Assembly: GCA_963801935.1 (NCBI GenBank)
Contig: CAWDHA010000014.1
Coordinates: 6,608 to 70,607 of the forward strand
From: an uncultured delta proteobacterium
GTDB lineage: Bacteria; Desulfobacterota; Binatia; UBA9968
Direction of reading: 5' to 3'
Length of the DNA stretch: 64,000 bases
Below are positions 44,469 to 52,900 of the stretch, piece by piece. Below the pieces are notes generated by a model. It saw only the letters and a list, made by a program, of their open reading frames with translations, had not been told where the DNA came from and did no database searches. The number at the start of each line of letters is the position of its first letter. Within the stretch, counting starts at the first letter, position 1. A program made the translations under genes and the position numbers.

Positions 44469-45974
44469 TTGGAAATATCGTTATTTGACGCCGCCATCAA
44501 AGGGTTTCTGAATATTTTGCAACTCAAAGTGTTTTTCGCCCTGTGCGTCGGTGTGAGCATCGGCACGTTCACCGCAGTGGCGCCGCAGGGCTTGGGCATG
44601 CCTCTTGTCTATGCGATCATGCTGCCGGTCGTGATCAAATGGGAACCGGTGACCGGCATCGCGCTGCTGATCGGCGCCAGTTCGGTGAGCGCCATTTGCG
44701 CAGCCTACTTGCCGGTGCTTTTTGGCATCCCGGGCGGGTCGGGGTCCCAGGCAACTATTCTTGATGGTTACCCGATGGGCAAGCGCGGCGAGGCGCGGCG
44801 CGCCTTAGGCGCATCTTTCATGGCCGGCGGCATGGGCGCTCTCATCGGCACGTTTACCCTGGCCGCCGCCATACCGGCGGCGAAACCTTTGATCTATCTC
44901 ATGGGCTCGCCGGAGCTGTTCGTCGTGGTGCTATGGGGATTGAGCATGATCGCCGTGTTGGCCGGCCGCCGCCCGCTCAAAGGACTGATCGCCGCGGCTT
45001 TGGGTTTGCTCCTGGCTACCATCGGACAACAGGAACAGAGCGGCATCATGCGCTTTGTCTTCGACCAGCCTTATTTACTGGACGGCATGTCCATCAGCAT
45101 CATCGCGCTGGCGCTTTTCGGCATTCCGGCGGCGCTGGATCTGGCGCTGATGCGGCTTGGGGTGGAGCAGCAGCCGGCGCCGTTAACCGGCAAGCTTTTC
45201 GACGGCGTTAAGGACACGGTGCGGGAGTGGTGGCTGGTGGTGCGTTGTAGCTTTATCGGGGTCTGGGTCGGGATCGTGCCGGGCATCGGCTCGCAGGTGG
45301 TCGACTGGCTCGCCTATGGCCATGCGGCGCAATCAAGCAAGAGCGGCGGCGCGACGTTTGGCTCCGGCGATGTGCGCGGTGTGATTGCGCCGGAGAGCGC
45401 CAACGATGCCAAAGACGGCGGCGATCTGGTGACGACTTTGCTGCTGGGTTTCCCTCAAGGGGTTACCACGGCGCTTTTCATCGTCGCACTTTTGGCATGG
45501 GGTTATCTTCCCGGCCCAGAGATGATCAAAAAGAATCCCGAAGTGATTTACAGCGTGGTCTGGATTCAAGGCATCGCCGGGATCCTCGGAACTCTGGTCG
45601 GCTTCGGTCTTTCCAACCAACTCGCCAAGCTGGCCCAGGTACGCTATTCGATCATGGTGCCGATTATTTTCATTTTTGTTTTGATGGGCGCTTTCAGCGT
45701 GACCCGCGATGCGGTGGATTTATTGGTGGTGGTAGGCTTCGGTATATTCGGCTATTTCATGAGGCGCTTCGGATATCCCAGACCGGCGCTGATACTCGGT
45801 CTGGTTTTGGGCGGGTTGATGGAAAGGTATCTTTACCGTTCGATGGCAAGCTACGGGTTCACCTGGCTCACGCGCCCGGCGGTGGTGGTGCTTTTGATTT
45901 TAGCCGCTACTTCTTTCATTTTCGCGGTGCGCGGCCGCCTGAAGACCGTGGCGGGGAGCGACGATGACAGCTAG
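44469..45974 (+). CDS. tctA: Tripartite tricarboxylate transporter large permease TctA
   Basis: 501 aa, multi-TM, with ...LFGIPGGSGSQATILDGYPMGKRGEARRALG... A TTG start is preceded by AAGGAG. Confidence 0.85.
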   Translation: MEISLFDAAIKGFLNILQLKVFFALCVGVSIGTFTAVAPQGLGMPLVYAIMLPVVIKWEPVTGIALLIGASSVSAICAAYLPVLFGIPGGSGSQATILDGYPMGKRGEARRALGASFMAGGMGALIGTFTLAAAIPAAKPLIYLMGSPELFVVVLWGLSMIAVLAGRRPLKGLIAAALGLLLATIGQQEQSGIMRFVFDQPYLLDGMSISIIALALFGIPAALDLALMRLGVEQQPAPLTGKLFDGVKDTVREWWLVVRCSFIGVWVGIVPGIGSQVVDWLAYGHAAQSSKSGGATFGSGDVRGVIAPESANDAKDGGDLVTTLLLGFPQGVTTALFIVALLAWGYLPGPEMIKKNPEVIYSVVWIQGIAGILGTLVGFGLSNQLAKLAQVRYSIMVPIIFIFVLMGAFSVTRDAVDLLVVVGFGIFGYFMRRFGYPRPALILGLVLGGLMERYLYRSMASYGFTWLTRPAVVVLLILAATSFIFAVRGRLKTVAGSDDDS

Positions 45975-46440
45975 TTTTACGCTGTTTTTGGTGGCGATCT
46001 TTTTTGGCGCGATCTGGTGGGGTTGGCAGTGGCCCTACATTGCCAAGCTCATGCCGGTTTATATAGCGGCCCTACCGGGATTGGTGCTCGGCTTGATACA
46101 ACTATTTCGGGAAGCATCCGGCGCGGAAACGCGGAGCGCCAAAAAAGCCGAAGGCGTCGATATGGATCAAACCCACAACGTGGACATGGACGAAAAAATC
46201 GAGCTGCGCCGCACGTTGATATTTTTCGCCTGGTTCATCGGCGGCGCGGCGGGTATTTGGCTGCTCGGTATCGTTATCACTCTGCCGCTTTTGGCTTTTC
46301 TCTACATGCTGGTGGAGGGACGCGAGAAACTTGTTCCTACGATTGCCATGACGATCTGCACCTATCTTCTGATCTGGGGACTGTTCGAGTATACCCTGGA
46401 GATGCGCTGGCCTTCGGGACTACTTTTTGGCGGCTACTAG
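45964..46440 (+). CDS. tctB: TctB-like small permease subunit
   Basis: 158 aa with 4 hydrophobic segments. It overlaps tctA by 11 nt. Confidence 0.65.
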   Translation: MTASFTLFLVAIFFGAIWWGWQWPYIAKLMPVYIAALPGLVLGLIQLFREASGAETRSAKKAEGVDMDQTHNVDMDEKIELRRTLIFFAWFIGGAAGIWLLGIVITLPLLAFLYMLVEGREKLVPTIAMTICTYLLIWGLFEYTLEMRWPSGLLFGGY

Positions 46441-47010
46441 GCAGGCTGGTGAAAAAGCCTCATATACTTCGTTGCGCTCGATCGATTGCGCGTCAACGTA
46501 CAGGAGTACGCCTCCGCTTATCGATCTTCGCGCGCCTCGTCTCTGAGGCTTTTTGACCAGCCTGCTGGTTTTTGTCTGCTTCATTTTGCAGCAACTCGCA
46601 TCAGCTCGTGTGAATGGCTAGTTCTCGAACGTCTTTGAAAAAGAAGGGAAGGGAGATTGGTGTGCTCTGCTCGCTGGAAACCCCCAGGCTTCGTTGCGCT
46701 CGATCGATTTCGCGTCAACGTACTAACTAATTGGCTAAGCGCAAAGGGCTAAGCGCTAAGCGTTCTCGACGGACCAGGGACGAAAGACCGGAGACCGGGT
46801 GATTCTTCGCGCCACGCGCTATGCGCTTTGCTCTATGCACATTCGCGCGCCTCGTCTCTGAGGCTTTTCGACCAGCCTGCCAAAGGCAAAGAAGAGAGCG
46901 CCGCGCCAGGCGCAGAGCGCGAAGGACAGAGTCTCGCTCTTATCGCTAGGCGCTTTGCACTATGCGCCTTGCTCTATGCGCATCTCTGAGGCTTTTTGAG
47001 CAGCCTGCAA
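46441..47010. repeat. Array of F2 elements (alpha, interrupted alpha, beta units)
   Basis: An intact alpha unit lies at 46441-46565. A second alpha unit (about 46672-46880) is split by an insert of about 125 bp rich in GCGCTAAGCG and GACCGGAGACC. A beta unit at 46881-47008 ends in a TIR-like CTCTGAGGCTTTTTGAGCAGCCTGC. Confidence 0.8.
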
Positions 47011-47015
47011 AAAAA

Positions 47016-47040
47016 GGGCGGGTTTAAAACCCGCCCCTAC
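47016..47040 (-). terminator. Intrinsic terminator (shared hairpin) after TctC paralog 5
   Basis: The minus strand reads GTAGGGGCGGGTTTTAAACCCGCCC followed by TTTTTTT, 15 nt after the stop codon. Confidence 0.75.
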
Positions 47041-47054
47041 AGTGGCTTGGCGCG

Positions 47055-48125
47055 CTAGCGCGGCGGCAGCGGATCAGCGCCGGCGATCTTTTTCAGCAGC
47101 TCTACGACTTCAGGCGGGCGCTTTAATTCTTTCACCGTCTTATCCATAACTTCCGGGAAGACAAGTTCCGGATCGTCGCCGACGGTCTTTTTGAAGTACT
47201 TGGGAAATTCCGGGTCCTTGAATACTTTTGTCACCGCGGCTTGCAGGATCGCGACGCGCTCCCTGGGCGTCTCCGGGGGCAAAATAAACGGCGATCCGGT
47301 TACGCGGAAACTCCTTTGCAAGTTGATGAGCTGGCGGTCTCGTTCCGTCTTGGCAAACGTTTCGAGCTCAGGCAGGTGCGCGAATTTTGGATTGACGTCG
47401 CCTTTGATGATTTCCAGAGCGACGTGAAAATCCATCATCTTTTTTTCCAACCACTCCGGATTATTCTGCATAAGGCTGAAACTCTGGTTAAAGCGCGAGT
47501 CCAACTCGCCGCGCTCGATCGCCAGGTCGATTTCCGGGCTGGCATAGCCGGCGACAAATCGAGCATCTTTCATGGGCAATAAGAAGGCGAGCAGGCGGGC
47601 GATGTTGTAGTTGCTGTGACCCACCGACTGCGCGCCGATGCGAATCCCGGGAGTCGCGCGTAGCTTATCGAGACTGGTGACGCCTAATTCTTTGCGGGTG
47701 TAGAAAATATAATGGCCGCCGGCATCGCCCGCTCCCAGATAATGAAACTTTTCGACTTGATAATTAACGCCGGTTCCACCGAGGATGGCGCTGGCCATAA
47801 AGCCCGAACTGACGCTGCCGATGGTCAGGCCGTCGCCCTTCAAGCTGTAGACGTGGTTCGCGGCTTTCAAGCCGCCGCCGCCCGCCATGAACTCGTGGAC
47901 AATGGTAGGATTGCCGGGAATATACTTGGGCAGAAATTGCGTGACCGCGCGGGCGCGCATATCGCCGCTGCCGCCGGGGCCGCGCCCCTGGAGAACGGTG
48001 ATGGTCTTACCCTGATAAAACGGCGCTTGAGCATGGCTCAGTGAATTGAGCAATGGCGACGGTGGGCCGAAGAAGGCCAGGGTGAAAAGCAATGTCAGTC
48101 TGTAAGCCCCCGGAGTTTTTCTCAT
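47055..48125 (-). CDS. TctC-like substrate-binding protein, paralog 5
   Basis: MRKTPGAYRLTLLFTLAFFG...FYQGKTITVLQGRGPGGSGDMRARAVTQFLPKYIPGNPTIVHEFMAGGGG...; AAGGAG lies upstream. Confidence 0.75.
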   Translation of the reverse strand: MRKTPGAYRLTLLFTLAFFGPPSPLLNSLSHAQAPFYQGKTITVLQGRGPGGSGDMRARAVTQFLPKYIPGNPTIVHEFMAGGGGLKAANHVYSLKGDGLTIGSVSSGFMASAILGGTGVNYQVEKFHYLGAGDAGGHYIFYTRKELGVTSLDKLRATPGIRIGAQSVGHSNYNIARLLAFLLPMKDARFVAGYASPEIDLAIERGELDSRFNQSFSLMQNNPEWLEKKMMDFHVALEIIKGDVNPKFAHLPELETFAKTERDRQLINLQRSFRVTGSPFILPPETPRERVAILQAAVTKVFKDPEFPKYFKKTVGDDPELVFPEVMDKTVKELKRPPEVVELLKKIAGADPLPPR

Positions 48126-48207
48126 GTTGATCTCCTTTGCTCGCCGGGCCTGACAGGGCGGTCGAGTGAGGGAAGCTTAGTGGATGGCATGGCTTTGTCA
48201 AGCTTGT

Positions 48208-48817
48208 GCAGGCTGGTGAAAAAGCCTCATATACTTCGTTGCGCTCGATCGATTTCGCGTCAACGTACAGGAGTACGCCTCCGCTCATCGGTCTTCGCGC
48301 GCCTCGTCTCTGAGGCTTTTTGACCAGCCTGCAAAGGCAAAGAAGAGAGCGCCGCGCCAGGCGCAGAGCGCGAAGAACAGAGTCTCCCTCTCTTATCGCT
48401 AGGCGCTTAACGCTATGCGCCTTGCTCTATGCGCATTCGCGCCTCGCATCTGGACCTTTTTGAACGGCCTGCGGCTTGGTTGTGTCAGTAGCTTTTGAGC
48501 TCCGTCACAGTCCCCTGAGTTTCGACAAAGAGAATTTGATCGCCATAGTTTAAGCGATCAGGCTGTGAAAAAGCCTCATATACTTCGTTGCGCTCGATCG
48601 ATTTCGCGTCAACGTACAGGAGTACGCCTCCGCTCATCGGTCTTGGCGCGCCTCGTCTCTGAGGCTTTTTGACCAGCCTGCAAAGGCAAAGAAAGAGCGC
48701 CGCGCCAGGCGCAGAGCGCGAAGAACAGAGTCTCCCTCTTATCGCTAGGCGCTTAACGCTATGCGCCTTGCTCTATGCGCATTCGCGCCTCGCATCTGGA
48801 CCTTTTTGAACAGCCTG
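48208..48817. repeat. Array of F2 elements: alpha-beta, 86-bp unique spacer, alpha-beta
   Basis: Alpha units lie at 48208-48332 and 48559-48681. Beta units lie at 48333-48472 and 48682-48817. The two alpha-beta pairs are near-identical by eye. Confidence 0.85.
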
Positions 48818-48825
48818 AAAAAAAG

Positions 48826-48852
48826 AGGGCGGGTTTAAAACGCGCCCCTACG
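48826..48852 (-). terminator. Intrinsic terminator (shared hairpin) after the radical SAM gene
   Basis: The minus strand reads GTAGGGGCGCGTTTTAAACCCGCCCTCTTTTTTT, about 30 nt after the stop at 48884. Confidence 0.7.
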
Positions 48853-48883
48853 CGTCAACTGCATCTCCAAAGATCGGCAAGAC

Positions 48884-50518
48884 CTATGCGGTCCGCGCCA
48901 TCGCTCCTATGGTAATCGTCGCGCCGTTCTGGCAACCGATTGCACCGGCCTCTTGCAGCACCCGCTTGAAAAGATCGGCTTTAAACCGGCGATTTTCTAT
49001 CAGTCCCTGCTCGGTGCAAAAATAAAGCGGTTGGTTTTGACAAAGCCGCGCGAGCAGCTCGATGCCGATTTGCGTCCTTGAATCGTTCCAGCGCCGGCTC
49101 AGCAAGTTGCCGAGCTCGGTTGACGCATTGAGCTCAAGTCCCTTGAGGAAATTAATGATGCGCGTGGTGACGAACAGAGTGTAGATATCGTCGCGCTTGA
49201 AATGGTCGGTCTCGACCGCCAGCGCCGTAAGCCGGGCGCGCACGAAGTCTTCTTCGGTCAGCGCGAGGCCGCGCGCGATCGGCGCGTCGGGTGTCTGATA
49301 GAAAGGCGAGGCGCCGAGGAGGACCGGCAGGCGGGCGTTAAAGGCAAGCGTCTGAACCATGCTCTCGAGGCTTTCGCTTGGCAGACCGAGGATCTGGTAT
49401 GATACGATCCTGAATCCGAGCGCATGAGCCTTGTGCGCGACGCTCAGGTATTTTTCCAGGGTGTGCGGGCGCTTGGTGGTCTCGCGCACGGTCTTGTCGG
49501 AAGAGACCAGCGCGAGATTGAGATGCGAGAAGCCTGCGGCAAACATCAACTCCAGCAGCTCGTCGTCGAGACTCAAGTAACTGATGCCGTTCATGGCGAC
49601 GAATTGCATTTCCCGATGCGGGAAACGCCCTGCCAGCCGGCGGCACAGCTCTTTGAATATCGCTTTGTAGTAAGTAAGATTGTCGTCTTCGAAATCGATG
49701 ACGCGATAACCCTGGCGATGGCGTAACTCGATTTCTACCAGCACATCTTCCAGCGTGCGGCGCCGATAATCGCGCCCGAACGTCGTATGCACCGAGCAAA
49801 ACGAGCACTTGTGCGGACAGCTCCGCGAGGTGATCATGAAAGTCATGGGCTTGCCGGAGAGCGCGTAGCGTGAAGGCGAAAAGTCGCTGACGTCGGGAAC
49901 CGGCAAGTCATCGATCGGATAGTTGTCGCTTAGCGGGTTGAAACGCAATCGGCCGTTTTGTTTGAAACCCAGATTAGGCACGGCCTCAATCGCCACCTGG
50001 CCGCTCAAATGACGCAGCAGCTCAACCAAAGGCTTTTCGCCTTCGCCGCGAATCAAATAATCGACGTAGGGCGATGAAAGAAGTGACTCAGGCGCCGCCG
50101 AAGCATGCGACCCGCCCACCACTACGGGGACGTCGCGGTCTTTCTTTACCCGGCGCGCTACTTCAAGTGCCTCACGATAGTAGGGCGTAAACAGCGCAGC
50201 GATGCCGACCACATCAGGCTCAAGTTCAGCAACTTCGGTTTCAATCTCGTCGAAGGTTTTTCCAAAATGGAAGTATTGATGAAACGTCGAGAACGGCGAC
50301 TTGTCCATTGCCCTATAATATTCGCGTAGATAGGCTAGTTCCTTGGGAATTGAAACCGTTTGCCGGCCGGAGCCGCCATGAAAGTCCTTGATCGTAACCC
50401 TCACTTGAGGCAGGTGTTTGTTGACCGCGGCTTTCAAGTAGCACAGCCCAATCGGCTGCAGGCGCGCATCAGTATCGTAAAAATCTTCAACCGGTGGTTG
50501 GATGAGGAGAAGTTTCAT
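48884..50518 (-). CDS. B12-binding-domain radical SAM protein (class B), function unknown
   Basis: MKLLLIQPP... is the N-terminal B12-type domain (…VVVGGSHAS…), and the radical SAM motif is SRSCPHKCSFCS. The ATG at 50518 is preferred over 50581. Confidence 0.8.
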   Translation of the reverse strand: MKLLLIQPPVEDFYDTDARLQPIGLCYLKAAVNKHLPQVRVTIKDFHGGSGRQTVSIPKELAYLREYYRAMDKSPFSTFHQYFHFGKTFDEIETEVAELEPDVVGIAALFTPYYREALEVARRVKKDRDVPVVVGGSHASAAPESLLSSPYVDYLIRGEGEKPLVELLRHLSGQVAIEAVPNLGFKQNGRLRFNPLSDNYPIDDLPVPDVSDFSPSRYALSGKPMTFMITSRSCPHKCSFCSVHTTFGRDYRRRTLEDVLVEIELRHRQGYRVIDFEDDNLTYYKAIFKELCRRLAGRFPHREMQFVAMNGISYLSLDDELLELMFAAGFSHLNLALVSSDKTVRETTKRPHTLEKYLSVAHKAHALGFRIVSYQILGLPSESLESMVQTLAFNARLPVLLGASPFYQTPDAPIARGLALTEEDFVRARLTALAVETDHFKRDDIYTLFVTTRIINFLKGLELNASTELGNLLSRRWNDSRTQIGIELLARLCQNQPLYFCTEQGLIENRRFKADLFKRVLQEAGAIGCQNGATITIGAMARTA

Positions 50519-50757
50519 CAGGTCTGTTTGTCTTATTCCTAACAGATATTTACAATCGCGGAAAACCGACGGATGCAACACGATAGCGGCGCTGGGTCAT
50601 ATCATCAGAGATAAACCCAATCAAGCTGAAGAACCACTGGCAACTCGATAGCTAAACAGTCTGAACAGATTATCGGATCGCGTGACAGCGCTGACGCGCG
50701 CTGGTGGTTGTTTCCGCGGCGATATGATAAAAAACTAAGCTTAAAGGAGAAAACTCT

Positions 50758-51045
50758 ATGACGGAAGAAAGCAAACGCTTGTTCGTCGGGATCAAGATTT
50801 CATCGGCGTTGCAAAACGAGATCAATAGCCCAGCCCCGGGAACCGAGCGTTATTTCGAAAAGGATAACGAGGATTACCTGCAAATTATCAATCTAGGGGA
50901 GGACAAACTAATCGGCCGCTACGTAAAAGACGGGTGTCCCGTGGCGTCGATCGCGGACGTGAGCCGAAACGTTTGCAGCATTATCAAGCTGATCACTCGT
51001 GGACGCCGAATAGAAGAAAGAGAAGTCCACATTTACTCCTCATGA
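50758..51045 (+). CDS. Hypothetical protein
   Basis: 95-aa ORF with AAGGAG 8 nt upstream. No recognisable motif. Confidence 0.4.
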   Translation: MTEESKRLFVGIKISSALQNEINSPAPGTERYFEKDNEDYLQIINLGEDKLIGRYVKDGCPVASIADVSRNVCSIIKLITRGRRIEEREVHIYSS

Positions 51046-51453
51046 GCGACATTCCAGGCGCGCGCGTTTTATCGCACACTCGCCGCCACACTCCGAGCCC
51101 GATATTCAAGAGATCACGGCCAAGGTAAGACTCCTCGCTTGAGGGGAATTGGCTGATTCTCTGCGCCCCACAACCATCGCGCTAACGCAAATCTTTGCCA
51201 GGCACCCTGGCGGCATGACTTGGAGCCTTTTTACGCGCCCTCTACGGCGCTTACTCCTCGCCGACGTTAGTCGCGGGTTCTCCTCAGGGATAAGGGATAC
51301 GGGCGCAATGGCGGGTAAAATGCCGAAATTAATCTCCGGTCCGTCGAGTAGCTAGTTGAGAGTGGGCATGTTACGATAACGTGTTATTTAGAGCTACCGG
51401 CTGAGTTTGGCACGCCTCTGAGGAGCTTTTTAGCTTAGAAAGGGGATTTTCGT

Positions 51454-51972
51454 ATGAACCCGAAAGTAGAGGAAGTCGTCCTGGCGATGGGCACTTTGGT
51501 GCGCCATAGAGTGAGCGCTTATCTCGGCAGGATCGACGGCGTAACTGCGATCCAGAGCTGTTTTACCAACCGCGGCGCCCCGATACCGCTTACCGGCAAC
51601 AAAGAAAGCTTTCAGTATCGCGTGATTGTCCAGGGCGAAAAGATACGGCGCATCGCGCCGGTACGCGACCTCGAGGTTCTTGCAGAGGGGATCCGCCTCG
51701 AGGCAACTTGTGTTGATTGCCAAACGACATTCTCCAGCGATCCCAATCTGATCGACAAGCCCGGTGGACTCTGCGAATGCGGCGGCTGGATTTGTCCGGA
51801 CTGTCTCGCATGCCAGCCGTCCCCGGATGCAGCCAACGAATCGTCCCTCGCCACCTGTCCAAATCAACGAAAGCGGCTTCTCAAAAAGGCGACGCGTCAG
51901 AAACGCGTAAAGTCCGCGCCATCTTCGAAGCCTGCCATCGCTGAATTGCCGACGCCGAGATTTCGTAATTGA
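51454..51972 (+). CDS. Hypothetical Cys-rich (zinc-ribbon-like) protein with a basic tail
   Basis: CVDC...x19...CECGGWICPDCLAC, then the KR-rich tail NQRKRLLKKATRQKRVK. AAAGGGGA lies upstream. It is preferred over the antisense ORF 51430..52029 on codon third-position GC. Confidence 0.45.
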   Translation: MNPKVEEVVLAMGTLVRHRVSAYLGRIDGVTAIQSCFTNRGAPIPLTGNKESFQYRVIVQGEKIRRIAPVRDLEVLAEGIRLEATCVDCQTTFSSDPNLIDKPGGLCECGGWICPDCLACQPSPDAANESSLATCPNQRKRLLKKATRQKRVKSAPSSKPAIAELPTPRFRN

Positions 51973-52900
51973 CCAGGGGACATTCAGCGCATCATGAATC
52001 CTGAATAGTGTCTCCTGCGAATCCACCATTGCTTTCTCTCATCATCGGAGCCGTGCTTCGACGATGAGCAGCTTTAAAGTGTTTTAACCGGTTTGAGAAT
52101 TTCTTAAAACTTGATTCCGGCAGGCCTGGGCGATAACTAGCGCGAGCCGGAATTCCTTCCGCCTTGATTTTCCGTCGAGGACCATCCCGGGTTGCGATAG
52201 AGACTAAACGCCGCATTCCACAAAGCCGGCGTTTTGGTGGGTTTCCTCGTGGACGATCGAGTCATTGTTCCGCGAATGGTAATGACCAGCACGCCCGGCC
52301 TTTCAACAAGCTCAACAGCACCCCCCAGCCCGGCGCGACCCATCGGGCCGTTGCCAAAGTGAAGCAATGCAAATCCTAGCCTGCCGAGCATAATTCCGCC
52401 CGGATCAGCCTTGATGCCGTCAAAGTTCAGAAATAAGATGCCTTCATGCACGAGCCATCCATCCGATCAGCAGTCGCGGATTGCGATCGCACACTCAAGT
52501 GGGTGCCTTTTTCGCGCGATGGCTTGACCCGACAGGCGGCTCAGGTGCTGGTTCAACAGTGGTCAAATTTTACCCGGCACAGCCGCCAATGCTGGGCTTA
52601 TGTCGTTGTCAACTCTCTGATCTTTAAAGTGCGCAAATTTATCGTCACGGAAAACGTATACTCTCCCCGTTGGCACAGGGGGAGGTTAAGTGGGGGTTCT
52701 GGATTCCCGCTTTTGCGGGAATGACGACTAAGGCCGTCTGGGATAAAGTACAAACAGCGTGAGACACTACACTAGTTGCGGCTGACGCCGGATGAGAAAA
52801 ATATTATTCTGCGATCGAAGAATGATAAGCGGGCTAAAGTCAACGAGTCAAGATTGAATGCTACAGGCCCGGCATCTAACCACTGAGGGAGAATATCGCA

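Noticed and set aside
46017-46556. 179-aa ORF overlapping tctB and running into the F2 element. Other ORFs lie wholly inside repeats (1869..2084, 14375..14578, 37479..37769, 48007..48288).
   Set aside because: These are reading frames created by repeat sequence or alternative frames of real genes. None has a motif or start-site support.
46441-48852. Possible CRISPR array, suggested by the repeated units around tctC5.
   Set aside because: The units are 125-140 bp, not 25-40 bp. They are contiguous or nested rather than separated by uniform unique spacers. They carry terminal inverted repeats, and no cas genes are present.
50519-50757. Cobalamin riboswitch upstream of the B12-type radical SAM gene.
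   Set aside because: Only a chance CCACTGG/GCCAGTGG string is present. There is no B12-box context and no conserved GGTG...AATCC elements.
51430-52029. 199-aa minus-strand ORF overlapping the Cys-rich plus-strand ORF.
   Set aside because: The plus-strand ORF has a Shine-Dalgarno-like sequence, GC-biased third codon positions and a coherent Cys motif. The minus-strand ORF has none of these. Confidence in either ORF is modest.
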